This document shows positions 20,207 to 30,856 of a stretch of 47,416 bases of DNA, piece after piece (the stretch's first letter is position 1; every line of letters starts with the position of its first letter). A program made the translations under genes and the position numbers. The notes under the pieces were generated by a model that saw only the letters and a program-made list of their open reading frames with translations, searched no databases and was not told the DNA's origin. The stretch comes from Rickettsiales bacterium (GTDB lineage Bacteria; Pseudomonadota; Alphaproteobacteria; Rickettsiales; JABIRX01): NCBI GenBank assembly GCA_034111325.1, contig JAWUXM010000048.1, positions 1 to 47,416 on the forward strand, given 5' to 3'.

Positions 20207-22909
20207 TTACGCTACTCCCCTTATGAACAAACGTATCTGCTTTTCAGCCTCAACGATAACAAATAGCATCACGCCTATACCAATTATAATCAGCAAGTCA
20301 AAGAATGGGATCGCTTCAGTTGTAAATATTTTCTGCATCGGAGGTAAATAAGTCATAGCCAATTGCCCAACAATAACAATTATTACGGTTATCCATACCA
20401 CCTTTGTTGCACGCACGGCTTTCCATGTTAGTGAAGTCTCATAAATGTTGCGGATAAAAAACAGGTGAAATATCTCCATAACCACTAGCGTATTTACTAC
20501 TATAGTACGTGCTAACTCTAGCGAATAGCCACGCTCTATAGCATATGAATAAACGCCATATACGCCACATAGGAATAGAGCTGATAGCAGCACAATATGC
20601 CATAGCAATCCTGCGGTTAAAATTGGCGCATTTCTCCTGCGTGGAGGTCGAAGCATTGTCTTTTCTTCGCTGGGCTCAAAAGCAAGTGCCAAACCTAATG
20701 TTGATGCTGTAATAAGATTTATCCATAAAATCTGTATAGGGGTAATTGGCAAAGTGAAGCCAAATAATAGCGCAACAATGATAATCATAGACTCACCAGC
20801 ATTCGTCGGCAGCGTCCAACTTATAAATTTCTTAAGATTATCATAAACTGTACGACCTTCACGTATTGCACCGACAATCGAGGCAAAGTTATCGTCTACC
20901 AATACTAATTCCGCCGCCTCCTTAGCAACGTCACTACCGCTCTTACCCATTGCTATCCCTGCATTGGCACGTTTGAGCGCTGGTGCATCATTCACACCAT
21001 CACCAGTCATAGCGACGGTCATACCAAGAGATTGTAGCGCCATAACTAGACGCAATTTATGCTCAGGGCTGGTACGGGCAAAAATATCAGTATCAAGGAC
21101 AACAGATTTTAATGCAGCATCATCCATTTTATCAATATCAGTGCCAGTTATAACTTTATCAACATTCTTTAATCCAATGTGCCTACCAATAGCCGAGGCT
21201 GTGCTTGCATGGTCGCCTGTTATCATTTTCACACATATCCCCGCATTGTGGCATTCTGCGATTGCGTTTATAGATTCATTACGTGGCGGATCGATCAACC
21301 CGACCATACCTAGAAATATCAATGTCCCTTCAACATCGTCTCTTTCTAAAGCTATATGTTCTGACTTTACATTTCGCACTGCTAAAGACAAAACTCTCTG
21401 ACCTTTTGAGGCAATTTCCTCAGCTCTTTTATACCAGTACTCTTTATTTATAGGCTCGGTTTTACCATTATCCACCCGCTGACCTTTACACATATTGATA
21501 ATACGCTCAGGTGCGCCTTTGACAAAAATAACGGTGCGTTTGTCATTGTTATGGCTAAGTGTCGCCATGAAGCGATGTTTAGCATCAAATGGTATCGCAT
21601 CGGTACGATGCCAATTATTTATTTCATCAAGAAGGTTAATTCCTGCTTTGCTCGCAAAACTTAGCAATGCGCCCTCCATAGGGTCGCCTTCTATCGCCCA
21701 AGCACCTTCATGTTCATGTAGCGCAGCATCATTGCATAATGCACTTGCACGCGCCATTTCATCAAGGATTGCATGCTCGCTAATATTTATTTCCACATCC
21801 TCAAATGTAATAGCACCTTTTGGCTCATAACCACTTCCTTCAATTGTATAAAGATGAGCATGCGTTGCTACTGAGGCAATCATCATCTCGTTTCGGGTAA
21901 GTGTGCCAGTTTTATCAGTACAGATAACTGATACAGAGCCTAGAGTTTCAATGGCGGGTAATCGGCGAATAATAGCATTTCGTCTAGCCATGGCTCTGGT
22001 TCCGATAGCCAGTGTAATTGTAATCACAGCAGGCAACCCTTCAGGAATAGCTGCAACGGAAAGTCCAACCACGACCATAAAGATTTCTGTAAATTCATGG
22101 TGACCAACAAAGTAACCATATGCAAGCAATGTTGCGGCAACTAGAATGATAAAAACAGTAAGCCATTTGGCAAAAATATCCATCTGCTTTACCAGTGGCG
22201 TTGTAAGCATTTCTACTTTTGAAAGGAGCCCACTTATGCGACCTACCTCTGTTGCCATACCCGTTCCAACCACCACAGCTTTACCTTGGCCGCCTGTAAC
22301 CAATGTCCCAGAAAAAGCCATGCAGGAGCGGTCACCCAGAGCCGCATCCATCGCAACTGCTTTAGTATATTTTTCCACTGGTACAGACTCACCAGTAAGA
22401 ATTGCCTCTTGGATGAACAGTCCATGTGACTCTATTATACGCAGATCCGCCGGCACTTTATCGCCAGCCTCGAGCAGCACTATATCTCCGGGAACAAGAA
22501 TCTCAGATCGCACGCTACGCCGTTTTCCAGCCCGCAGGACAGAAGCGTGTGAAGTAAGCATGTTACGTATAGCCTCCATAGCCTTTTGTGCTTTGCCCTC
22601 CTGTACAAAGCCAATTATTGCGTTGGCCAACACCACCGCCAAAATAACTAAGGTATCTACTAAATGCCCAAGAAATGCTGTAATAGTGGCAGAACCCAAA
22701 AGTACGTAGATAAGTACATTATGAAATTGCAACCCAAAGCGAATCAATGCGCTGCGCTTTGCTGGTTCTGGCAGAATATTACGACCACAGGCTTTCAATC
22801 GCTCCTCTGCCTCGCTTCTGCTCAACCCCGATGGAATTGTGTTTAATTCCGTCAACACAGTTTTGACGGATTGATTGTGCCAGTTTTTTAGTGTGTTTTT
22901 AACGTTCAT
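20207..22909 (-). CDS. Cation-transporting P-type ATPase (type IIA-like)
   Basis: LTGES, IPEGLP, DKTGT, KGAPE, MITGD, GDGVNDAPAL. Confidence 0.96.
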   Translation of the reverse strand: MNVKNTLKNWHNQSVKTVLTELNTIPSGLSRSEAEERLKACGRNILPEPAKRSALIRFGLQFHNVLIYVLLGSATITAFLGHLVDTLVILAVVLANAIIGFVQEGKAQKAMEAIRNMLTSHASVLRAGKRRSVRSEILVPGDIVLLEAGDKVPADLRIIESHGLFIQEAILTGESVPVEKYTKAVAMDAALGDRSCMAFSGTLVTGGQGKAVVVGTGMATEVGRISGLLSKVEMLTTPLVKQMDIFAKWLTVFIILVAATLLAYGYFVGHHEFTEIFMVVVGLSVAAIPEGLPAVITITLAIGTRAMARRNAIIRRLPAIETLGSVSVICTDKTGTLTRNEMMIASVATHAHLYTIEGSGYEPKGAITFEDVEINISEHAILDEMARASALCNDAALHEHEGAWAIEGDPMEGALLSFASKAGINLLDEINNWHRTDAIPFDAKHRFMATLSHNNDKRTVIFVKGAPERIINMCKGQRVDNGKTEPINKEYWYKRAEEIASKGQRVLSLAVRNVKSEHIALERDDVEGTLIFLGMVGLIDPPRNESINAIAECHNAGICVKMITGDHASTASAIGRHIGLKNVDKVITGTDIDKMDDAALKSVVLDTDIFARTSPEHKLRLVMALQSLGMTVAMTGDGVNDAPALKRANAGIAMGKSGSDVAKEAAELVLVDDNFASIVGAIREGRTVYDNLKKFISWTLPTNAGESMIIIVALLFGFTLPITPIQILWINLITASTLGLALAFEPSEEKTMLRPPRRRNAPILTAGLLWHIVLLSALFLCGVYGVYSYAIERGYSLELARTIVVNTLVVMEIFHLFFIRNIYETSLTWKAVRATKVVWITVIIVIVGQLAMTYLPPMQKIFTTEAIPFFDLLIIIGIGVMLFVIVEAEKQIRLFIRGVA

Positions 22910-23010
22910 CTGTCAAACTTCTATAATCATGTTTCTTGTATAAACCCTAATAATCATTGAGAATATCAGAGCCTATTATAAACGCAAAGCTAAAAAAACC
23001 ATAGAAATTT

Positions 23011-23598
23011 ATGTATTTTCTTTATTGCGAATCGCCACAATTCCTCAACGCAATCAGCAACATTGTTTTTATAACCCTTGCTGCATGGTTTTGGAATAAT
23101 CCTTCAGCGATATATCATCGCTATGGGCTGTTGCTTATCGCTGTTACTAGCATGGTTTGGCATGTGACAGAGCAACAATGGGCACTGTGGCTTGATAGTT
23201 CTGCCATTGCAATTTGGGCATTGCTTTATGCAATTGATGCTGCGCGAGTTTTTCGCAAACCTACGGTTTTATTATTTTGTACAATGCTACTTTCCCTAAT
23301 AATTTTTGCCTTACTAGCAAAAATATTATCACCTATTTTTCCAATGTTTTCTGGTGCGTTTTTGCCATTTGCCTTACTTGGTGTATTCCTCTCCATCATG
23401 CCAAAATTTAGCACATTGCCAAGGCAATACTGGCTTTCTAGCAGCATCTTCGCAATAACAGCAATTATCTTGCGTGAATCTGACTTGCCTTTATGCACCC
23501 ACATCACAATCGGCACACACTGGCTCTGGCATATTTTTGCTGGCTGTACATTACTTGCGCCAATTGCAACCTTAAAACGAAAATCAAATACCCCATAA
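23011..23598 (+). CDS. Ceramidase-like (CREST superfamily) membrane hydrolase
   Basis: YCE..NAISN, SMVWH, WLD, GTHWLWH metal-binding pattern in a 7-TM protein. Confidence 0.75.
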   Translation: MYFLYCESPQFLNAISNIVFITLAAWFWNNPSAIYHRYGLLLIAVTSMVWHVTEQQWALWLDSSAIAIWALLYAIDAARVFRKPTVLLFCTMLLSLIIFALLAKILSPIFPMFSGAFLPFALLGVFLSIMPKFSTLPRQYWLSSSIFAITAIILRESDLPLCTHITIGTHWLWHIFAGCTLLAPIATLKRKSNTP

Positions 23599-23873
23599 TA
23601 CCAACATTCATCTTTAAATATGCATTTGCAGTTATGTAAAATTAGATGAAAGAGCGAGTAGAGTTATGCAGCCAATAGCCAAAGCTATTGGCAATAAATT
23701 GTGCGAAGCTATATCGCTAATTTTACTGCTGCCCACGGGTTGTGGCAAAAAGCTGCGCCTTTTCTCAAAAAACATTTATCAATATCTACAGATATTAATT
23801 TGCATGTTTTTTAACAAAAATCCCTAGCTTTTATGCCTACAACAAATGCGTATTTAAAGATGAATGTTGGTAT
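23598..23873. mobile_element. MITE/ERIC-like palindromic element (family C), long copy
   Basis: ATACCAACATTCATCTTTAAATA / TATTTAAAGATGAATGTTGGTAT termini; begins in the upstream TAA stop. Confidence 0.85.
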
Positions 23874-23916
23874 AATACCAATTACAATCTTTGCAGGCAT
23901 TTACAGCTACGTAAAA

Positions 23917-25266
23917 CTAAACCTTCTGCAACTCTTGTGCAACGAGAAGTGCAAGCTCTAGGCTTTGCAGACCGTTCAAGCGTGGGTCACAATGAGTATG
24001 GTAGCGGTCTTTTAATTTTATTTCAGAAATAGCCTGAGTCCCACCGAGGCATTCAGTAACATCCTGCCCAGTCATCTCAATATGAATCCCCCCAGCGTAA
24101 GTGCCAGCTGCTTTATGCACCGCAAAAAACTTCTTCACCTCAGAGAGAACCTTATCAAAATGGCGAGTTTTGTAACCAGTATTTGATTTAACTGTATTTC
24201 CATGCATAGGGTCACAAGACCAAATTACTTTTTTCCCAGCTTTTTTGACGGCCTCAACCAATGGCGGCAATAATTCCTCGACTTTATCAGCACCCATACG
24301 GCTAATTAAAGTCAAACGCCCTGCTTCATTCTCTGGATCAAGAACATCAATTAATTTAAGCAGCTCTTTTTTCTGCATTGAAGGGCCAACCTTAACTGCA
24401 ATTGGGTTAGCTATGCCTCGCATATATTCGATATGTGCACCTTTTAGGTCGCGCGTACGATCACCAATCCATACCATATGAGCCGAACAGTCATAATATT
24501 TACCATCACGACTATGTTGGCGAGTGAGTGCTTCTTCATAATTTAATAGCAAAGCTTCATGTGAGACATAGAAATCAGCAGTGTTTAAACGCCGTGTTTC
24601 AGATAATGGTAAGCCACAAGCATCTATGAATCCTAAAGTCGAATTAATTTCCTTAATGATTTCTTGAAAAAGCTTTTTCTGCGCTTTGCCCTGAATAAAT
24701 TGCACATTCCACTCTTCAATGCGTGCCAAACTAGCAAAACCACCATGCGCAAGCGAACGCAAATAATTAAGAGTTATACCTGATTGCTCGTAAGCTCTGA
24801 TCAAATTTTGTGGATCAGCCCTGCGCGCCTCTGCATTAAAAGCGATGCCATTTACCATATCACCACGGTAACTTGGCAACTTTACACCCGAAATTTCCTC
24901 CATGTTATCTGAACGTGGCTTAGAGAATTGACCCGCTATCCGCCCTACTTTGACGACAGGTTTACCCGCGCCATACATCAACGCCACAGTCATTTGCAAT
25001 ACGATACGAAAATAATCCATTACGTTCGCCTCGCTAAATTCAGCAAAACTTTCAGCACAATCACCACCTTGCAAAAGAAATGCCTCGCCTCTAGCGACTT
25101 TTGCAAGCTCTTGCTTGAGGATTATTGCCTCATGTGGGTAGATTAACGCTGGCGCCTTTGACAGGCGAGCTTCGACTTTACGCAAGATTTCCGTATCTTC
25201 ATATGTCGGCTGTTGCTTGATTGGTTTTGCTTGCCAACTTTGTGGAGTCCAATTTTTTACTTTCAT
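23917..25266 (-). CDS. Class II DAHP synthase
   Basis: LQGGDCAESF, GRIAGQFSKPRS, WIGDRTR, CDPMHGNT, CDPRLN. Confidence 0.96.
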   Translation of the reverse strand: MKVKNWTPQSWQAKPIKQQPTYEDTEILRKVEARLSKAPALIYPHEAIILKQELAKVARGEAFLLQGGDCAESFAEFSEANVMDYFRIVLQMTVALMYGAGKPVVKVGRIAGQFSKPRSDNMEEISGVKLPSYRGDMVNGIAFNAEARRADPQNLIRAYEQSGITLNYLRSLAHGGFASLARIEEWNVQFIQGKAQKKLFQEIIKEINSTLGFIDACGLPLSETRRLNTADFYVSHEALLLNYEEALTRQHSRDGKYYDCSAHMVWIGDRTRDLKGAHIEYMRGIANPIAVKVGPSMQKKELLKLIDVLDPENEAGRLTLISRMGADKVEELLPPLVEAVKKAGKKVIWSCDPMHGNTVKSNTGYKTRHFDKVLSEVKKFFAVHKAAGTYAGGIHIEMTGQDVTECLGGTQAISEIKLKDRYHTHCDPRLNGLQSLELALLVAQELQKV

Positions 25267-25322
25267 TTATTTTTTAGATATTTAACTTGAGTGACCTAAT
25301 AGAATTAACAAGTTAAAATATA

Positions 25323-26177
25323 ATGCCTAAAATAAAAGGAAAAATAGCGTATCAAGGAATTCAAGGCGCAAATTCACATTTAGCCTGCACAAATTTTTAC
25401 CCTGATATGGAAACGGTTCATTACCCTAGTTTTGAAGATATTTTCCAAGCTGTCGAAAAAGGAGAGGCACAATATGGAATGATACCTATCGAAAATAGCT
25501 ATGCAGGACGTGTTGCAGAAATTCACAATTTATTAAGCGATACTAACCTACTAATTGCCGCCGAACACTTCCAATCAATCGAACATAATCTAGCTGTACC
25601 AAAAGGTACAAAGCTTGCAGATACACAATCCATCTACTCACACCCACAAGCATTGATGCAGTGCCATAAAAATCTAGCAAAGATTAAAGCTGAGCAAGAG
25701 GCTTTTTCAAATACTGCTGCTGCGGCAAAGTTTGTCGCAGAGAAAAATGACAAAACAAAAGCTGCAATTTGCACAAAACTCGCTGCAGAAATTTATGGCT
25801 TAGAAGTTATTAAAGAAAATATTGAAGATTTAAAAAACAATAAAACTATATTCGTCGTAATCGCCAAGGAGCTTTTTGATATTGACCCTCAAGAAAAGAA
25901 TGTAATGACAACATTACTTGTCACCGTCAGAAATATTCCTGCTGCAGTTTACAAAATGCTTAGTGGCTTTGCGACCAATAATATTAATCTTATCAAACTA
26001 GAAAGTTACATACCTGGCGGATACTCAACCGAAGCACAATTTTTTGTCAGCTTTGAAGGACATGCTCACAATAAAAAAATACAATTAGCCCTTGAAGAAG
26101 TCGGCTTCTATAGCAAAGACATCAAACTCCTCGGAATATATCACATGAGTAAGGAGCGATATAACCCCAAAAAATAA
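25323..26177 (+). CDS. pheA: Prephenate dehydratase
   Basis: AYQG..GANS, PIENS, SHPQALMQC, C-terminal ACT domain with KLESY. Confidence 0.93.
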   Translation: MPKIKGKIAYQGIQGANSHLACTNFYPDMETVHYPSFEDIFQAVEKGEAQYGMIPIENSYAGRVAEIHNLLSDTNLLIAAEHFQSIEHNLAVPKGTKLADTQSIYSHPQALMQCHKNLAKIKAEQEAFSNTAAAAKFVAEKNDKTKAAICTKLAAEIYGLEVIKENIEDLKNNKTIFVVIAKELFDIDPQEKNVMTTLLVTVRNIPAAVYKMLSGFATNNINLIKLESYIPGGYSTEAQFFVSFEGHAHNKKIQLALEEVGFYSKDIKLLGIYHMSKERYNPKK

Positions 26178-26245
26178 TCTTGTGGTTTACAATAAAGAGA
26201 ACTATTAAATAAACATCTATTAATTGAGAAATATAGCACCGCAAT

Positions 26246-27055
26246 ATGAACAAGAGCGCACTAAAGAAAAAACATACTCAATCTGGCTTTACCCTAATTG
26301 AGCTTTCAATTGTCATCATCATTATTGGTCTATTGGTCGCTGCAATAATTGTCGGTGGTGAGTTAGTACGCGCCGCTCAAACACGTAAAGTCGTAACACA
26401 AATCGAATCATACCGCACTGCGGTAAATACTTATCGCCTCAAATATGACGCCTTACCAGGAGACGACACTAAGGCAGTTAAGCGACTTGGCGCCACTGGC
26501 GGTGACGCCCCCCATAATGGCGATGGCGATGGCCTGATTGAAGGTGGCGGCGGTAATCCTGAACTTGTCGATGGTGAAGTTACTTATTTCTGGGAGCATC
26601 TCTATCTAGCAAATTTTGTTGATAGAGCCTATACTGGGGATCAAGATTCTGTTGTTGTAGGAATTGAGATTCCGGAGGCTGCCGTTGGTGGTGGAATAGC
26701 AGTTTACGGTATCGCTTCAACCTATACAAACTACTTTCATATTGGCATGACTAATTCAAGACGTACTAGCGGAAGATTCGATAATAACTTAGTGCCTGAA
26801 GAAGCCTTTTCTATAGATAACAAAATTGATGATGGCTTCCCTTTAAGAGGAGGTACAATGGCTCGCTTTGTAGTCGACACAGGCTACAACTACTTCAGAG
26901 ATGTCAACACTGCAATTAGCACAACCCATGGGGCAGGGGCCACAGCTACTACTGCAGCCTGCGTTTACCAAGCTGGCGCTGCGCAGGATATAAATGCTGA
27001 TGAGTATTCGTTCCAAACAAAATCTAAATTTTGCCAATTACGCATTAGGTTCTAA
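26246..27055 (+). CDS. Type IV pilin-like protein
   Basis: SG|FTLIELSIVIIIIGLL prepilin cleavage site with E5; YDALPGD and IDNKIDDG motifs; two C-terminal Cys. Confidence 0.88.
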   Translation: MNKSALKKKHTQSGFTLIELSIVIIIIGLLVAAIIVGGELVRAAQTRKVVTQIESYRTAVNTYRLKYDALPGDDTKAVKRLGATGGDAPHNGDGDGLIEGGGGNPELVDGEVTYFWEHLYLANFVDRAYTGDQDSVVVGIEIPEAAVGGGIAVYGIASTYTNYFHIGMTNSRRTSGRFDNNLVPEEAFSIDNKIDDGFPLRGGTMARFVVDTGYNYFRDVNTAISTTHGAGATATTAACVYQAGAAQDINADEYSFQTKSKFCQLRIRF

Positions 27056-27072
27056 ATTATTTTCTCTCGCTC

Positions 27073-27100
27073 CTTGACAGCCTGATAGATATACCTATAT
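27073..27100 (+). promoter_or_regulatory. Sigma32 (RpoH)-type promoter of groESL
   Basis: CTTGAC-N15-CCTATAT matches the alphaproteobacterial RpoH consensus; no CIRCE seen. Confidence 0.7.
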
Positions 27101-27185
27101 AGCCTACTAAGAATTGATCTTCTTCTTTGATTTTCAATTCTTCATAACTTCGTATTTTCATTAACTAAATTCTTAAGAGGATAAA

Positions 27186-27473
27186 ATGTCAGTTAGACCA
27201 CTTCATGATAAAATATTAGTAAAACGCTTGGATTCTGAAGAGAAGACAGCTGGCGGCATAATCATTCCAGATACTGCGCAAGAAAAGCCGCAAGAAGGCA
27301 AAGTAATTGCAGTTGGTAACGGTAAAAAAACAGAAGAAGGCAAAGTAATTCCTCTAGATGTTAAAAAAGGCGACAAAATCCTTTTTAAAAAATGGGGCGG
27401 CACTGAAGTTAAAATTGATGGTGAAGAGCTGTTGATTCTAGAAGAAGGAGATGTGCTAGCGATTATCGAATAA
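27186..27473 (+). CDS. groES: Co-chaperonin GroES
   Basis: [22 protein letters not shown]. Confidence 0.99.
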   Translation: MSVRPLHDKILVKRLDSEEKTAGGIIIPDTAQEKPQEGKVIAVGNGKKTEEGKVIPLDVKKGDKILFKKWGGTEVKIDGEELLILEEGDVLAIIE

Positions 27474-27484
27474 TCATTAATTAA

Positions 27485-29158
<1,674 letters not shown>

Positions 29159-29280
29159 ATTAATTCTTTTGTGCCCTTTTTAGCAAATAACTTTTGTTCA
29201 TTTCGCTCATGTACCAAAATGTACATGTTAGCTCATTCACAAAAGACATTTACTGAAAATCATCACAAAAATTTTTAATC
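29159..29280. repeat. Family A hairpin repeat (reverse orientation) after the groEL stop
   Basis: Reverse complement aligns with other copies; apical CATGTAC-CAAAAT-GTACATG. Confidence 0.85.
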
Positions 29281-29309
29281 TAGCCATACACCATCTAAGT
29301 TAAAATATT

Positions 29310-29340
29310 AAGAGCCATGGCAGTTAATCATGGCTCTTTT
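29310..29340 (+). terminator. Intrinsic terminator of groESL
   Basis: AAGAGCCATG/CATGGCTCTT stem followed by a T run. Confidence 0.75.
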
Positions 29341-29393
29341 ATTATATAAATTTCTACTTGTGTAGAAATGTACTAAATTCAAAAAAAGAGAAC

Positions 29394-29642
29394 ATGACCG
29401 ACTTACCTAATATCTGCCAAAAGGCTCCCTATAAAGTTGATGTGGAGGAAGGCAAAAGCTACTTCTGGTGCGCTTGCGGCTTAAGCAAAGCACAGCCATT
29501 TTGCGATGGAAACCATCAAGGTAACGAGGCTGGTCTTAAATCAGTTAAATATGTCGCTGATAAAACTGGCATAGTTTATTTCTGTGGATGCAAGCACTCC
29601 AAACACCCTATCCTCTGCGACGGCTCCCATTCAAAGCTTTAA
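29394..29642 (+). CDS. CDGSH iron-sulfur domain protein (two CDGSH motifs; start moved to 29394)
   Basis: WCACGLSKAQPFCDGNH and FCGCKHSKHPILCDGSH. Confidence 0.93.
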   Translation: MTDLPNICQKAPYKVDVEEGKSYFWCACGLSKAQPFCDGNHQGNEAGLKSVKYVADKTGIVYFCGCKHSKHPILCDGSHSKL

Positions 29643-29679
29643 GAAATCATTTGCTCTAAAAAATAGAGCCCACCAAGGG

Positions 29680-29844
29680 ATCACCCTGAATTTATTTCAG
29701 GACATGCTGAACTAGCAATAAAGTGAAGAGTAAGCAGTTTATATCATGAACGATCCAAAAAAGCTAAGCCACCATATCCGTGGTAACTATGCAGATCCTG
29801 AAATAAATTCAGGATGACGACTTTTGCGGTGTGAAACCTTGTTT
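29680..29844. repeat. Family B bipartite REP-like element
   Basis: TCACCCTGAATTTATTTCAGGA ... TCCTGAAATAAATTCAGGATGA inverted arms; right flank shared with 37660. Confidence 0.85.
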
Positions 29845-29910
29845 TAACCAAATAACAAATGGCTTGACTAGCACCGCACTTATGAAGGAGCGGGATAGAC
29901 ATTCCAACCA

Positions 29911-30152
29911 AAAATCTAGGAATTATTTACTAAAGAAAATTCGTAAGGAAGTCTAAGAGATTTTGTAGTAGTAGCAGTAGTAATCTGAGGAATTTTGTGA
30001 CCATGTGCAGTATAAAAATACTGAGCAGAAATTAAAAATTTTTCGGTTTATTTTTGCAAAAGTGCTCTGCATGAATGAGTAAACGTACACCTTAAGTACG
30101 TGACCGAAACGAATAAAAGTTATTGGCAAAAAGGGTGCAAAAAAAACCTAAA
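29911..30152. repeat. Stacked family A left-end fragments and one diverged full copy (30029-30152)
   Basis: AAATCTAGGAATT, GTCTAAGAGATTTTG, AATCTGAGGAATTTTG, then a copy with apical ACGTAC-ACCTTAA-GTACGT. Confidence 0.75.
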
Positions 30153-30155
30153 AGG

Positions 30156-30281
30156 AAATCTAAGAGATTTTGCTTTGATTTTTGACACATGTCCTACACG
30201 AGTGAGCGACGTGTATACTAAATACACGAGCCGAAATGAGTGAAGGTTATGTGTTAAAAATCATGCAAAAGAATTAGATTT
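30156..30281. repeat. Family A hairpin repeat (full copy)
   Basis: AAATCTAA/TTAGATTT termini; TTTTGC..TGATTTTTGACACAT / ATGTGTTAAAAATCATGCAAAA stem; CGTGTAT/ATACACG apex. Confidence 0.92.
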
Positions 30282-30775
30282 CAACAGGAGCCGCGAATTA
30301 GGAGGTGCTTCTCATCCAAAGCCAAAGACAAAGGAGAATTGCCGTTAATATCTTTGAGATTTACATTTGCCTTAGATTCTTCAATTAAGAACTGCAAGGC
30401 TTGTGTATAGCCTTTTGCAACCGCATAGTGTATCGCCGCAAAACCTAATTTATCAAGACTGTTGAAGTTATACTCTACAACTTGCAGGAACATGATATTT
30501 TTTAATAATTGCTCCTCAGTAGTGCATTCATAAAAGGCCAAACAAGGGATAGCACCATTGATAAGTAAATATTCAGCTGTTTTGATATCTTCATGCTCTA
30601 CTGCATAATCAAGCGCTGTACGATGATTATTATCGAGAAAATTAATATCAGCATCGCCACCTAATAATAAATCTATATTTTTATATGTTGCATCTTCTTC
30701 AATAAAGTCAAAATCATCGTCAATGCTAATACCGTTTAATAGATCAATAATCTTTTTATTTTTTTCCATAGTCAT
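30281..30775 (-). CDS. Ankyrin repeat protein
   Basis: TALDYAV, GFAAIHYAV, GNSPLSLAL repeats with GADIN/ANVN linkers. Confidence 0.85.
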   Translation of the reverse strand: MTMEKNKKIIDLLNGISIDDDFDFIEEDATYKNIDLLLGGDADINFLDNNHRTALDYAVEHEDIKTAEYLLINGAIPCLAFYECTTEEQLLKNIMFLQVVEYNFNSLDKLGFAAIHYAVAKGYTQALQFLIEESKANVNLKDINGNSPLSLALDEKHLLIRGSC

Positions 30776-30856
30776 TTTGCTATTATTAGGGTGTTGTAAC
30801 TTTCGTTTATACGTTATAAACTAGCTCTTCCTAAGAACTTAGCACAACATTATACA

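Noticed and set aside
27056-27185. CIRCE element before groES
   Set aside because: No TTAGCACTC-N9-GAGTGCTAA present.
29900-30281. Possible CRISPR array
   Set aside because: Repeats are long, degenerate and irregularly spaced; no cas genes in the window.
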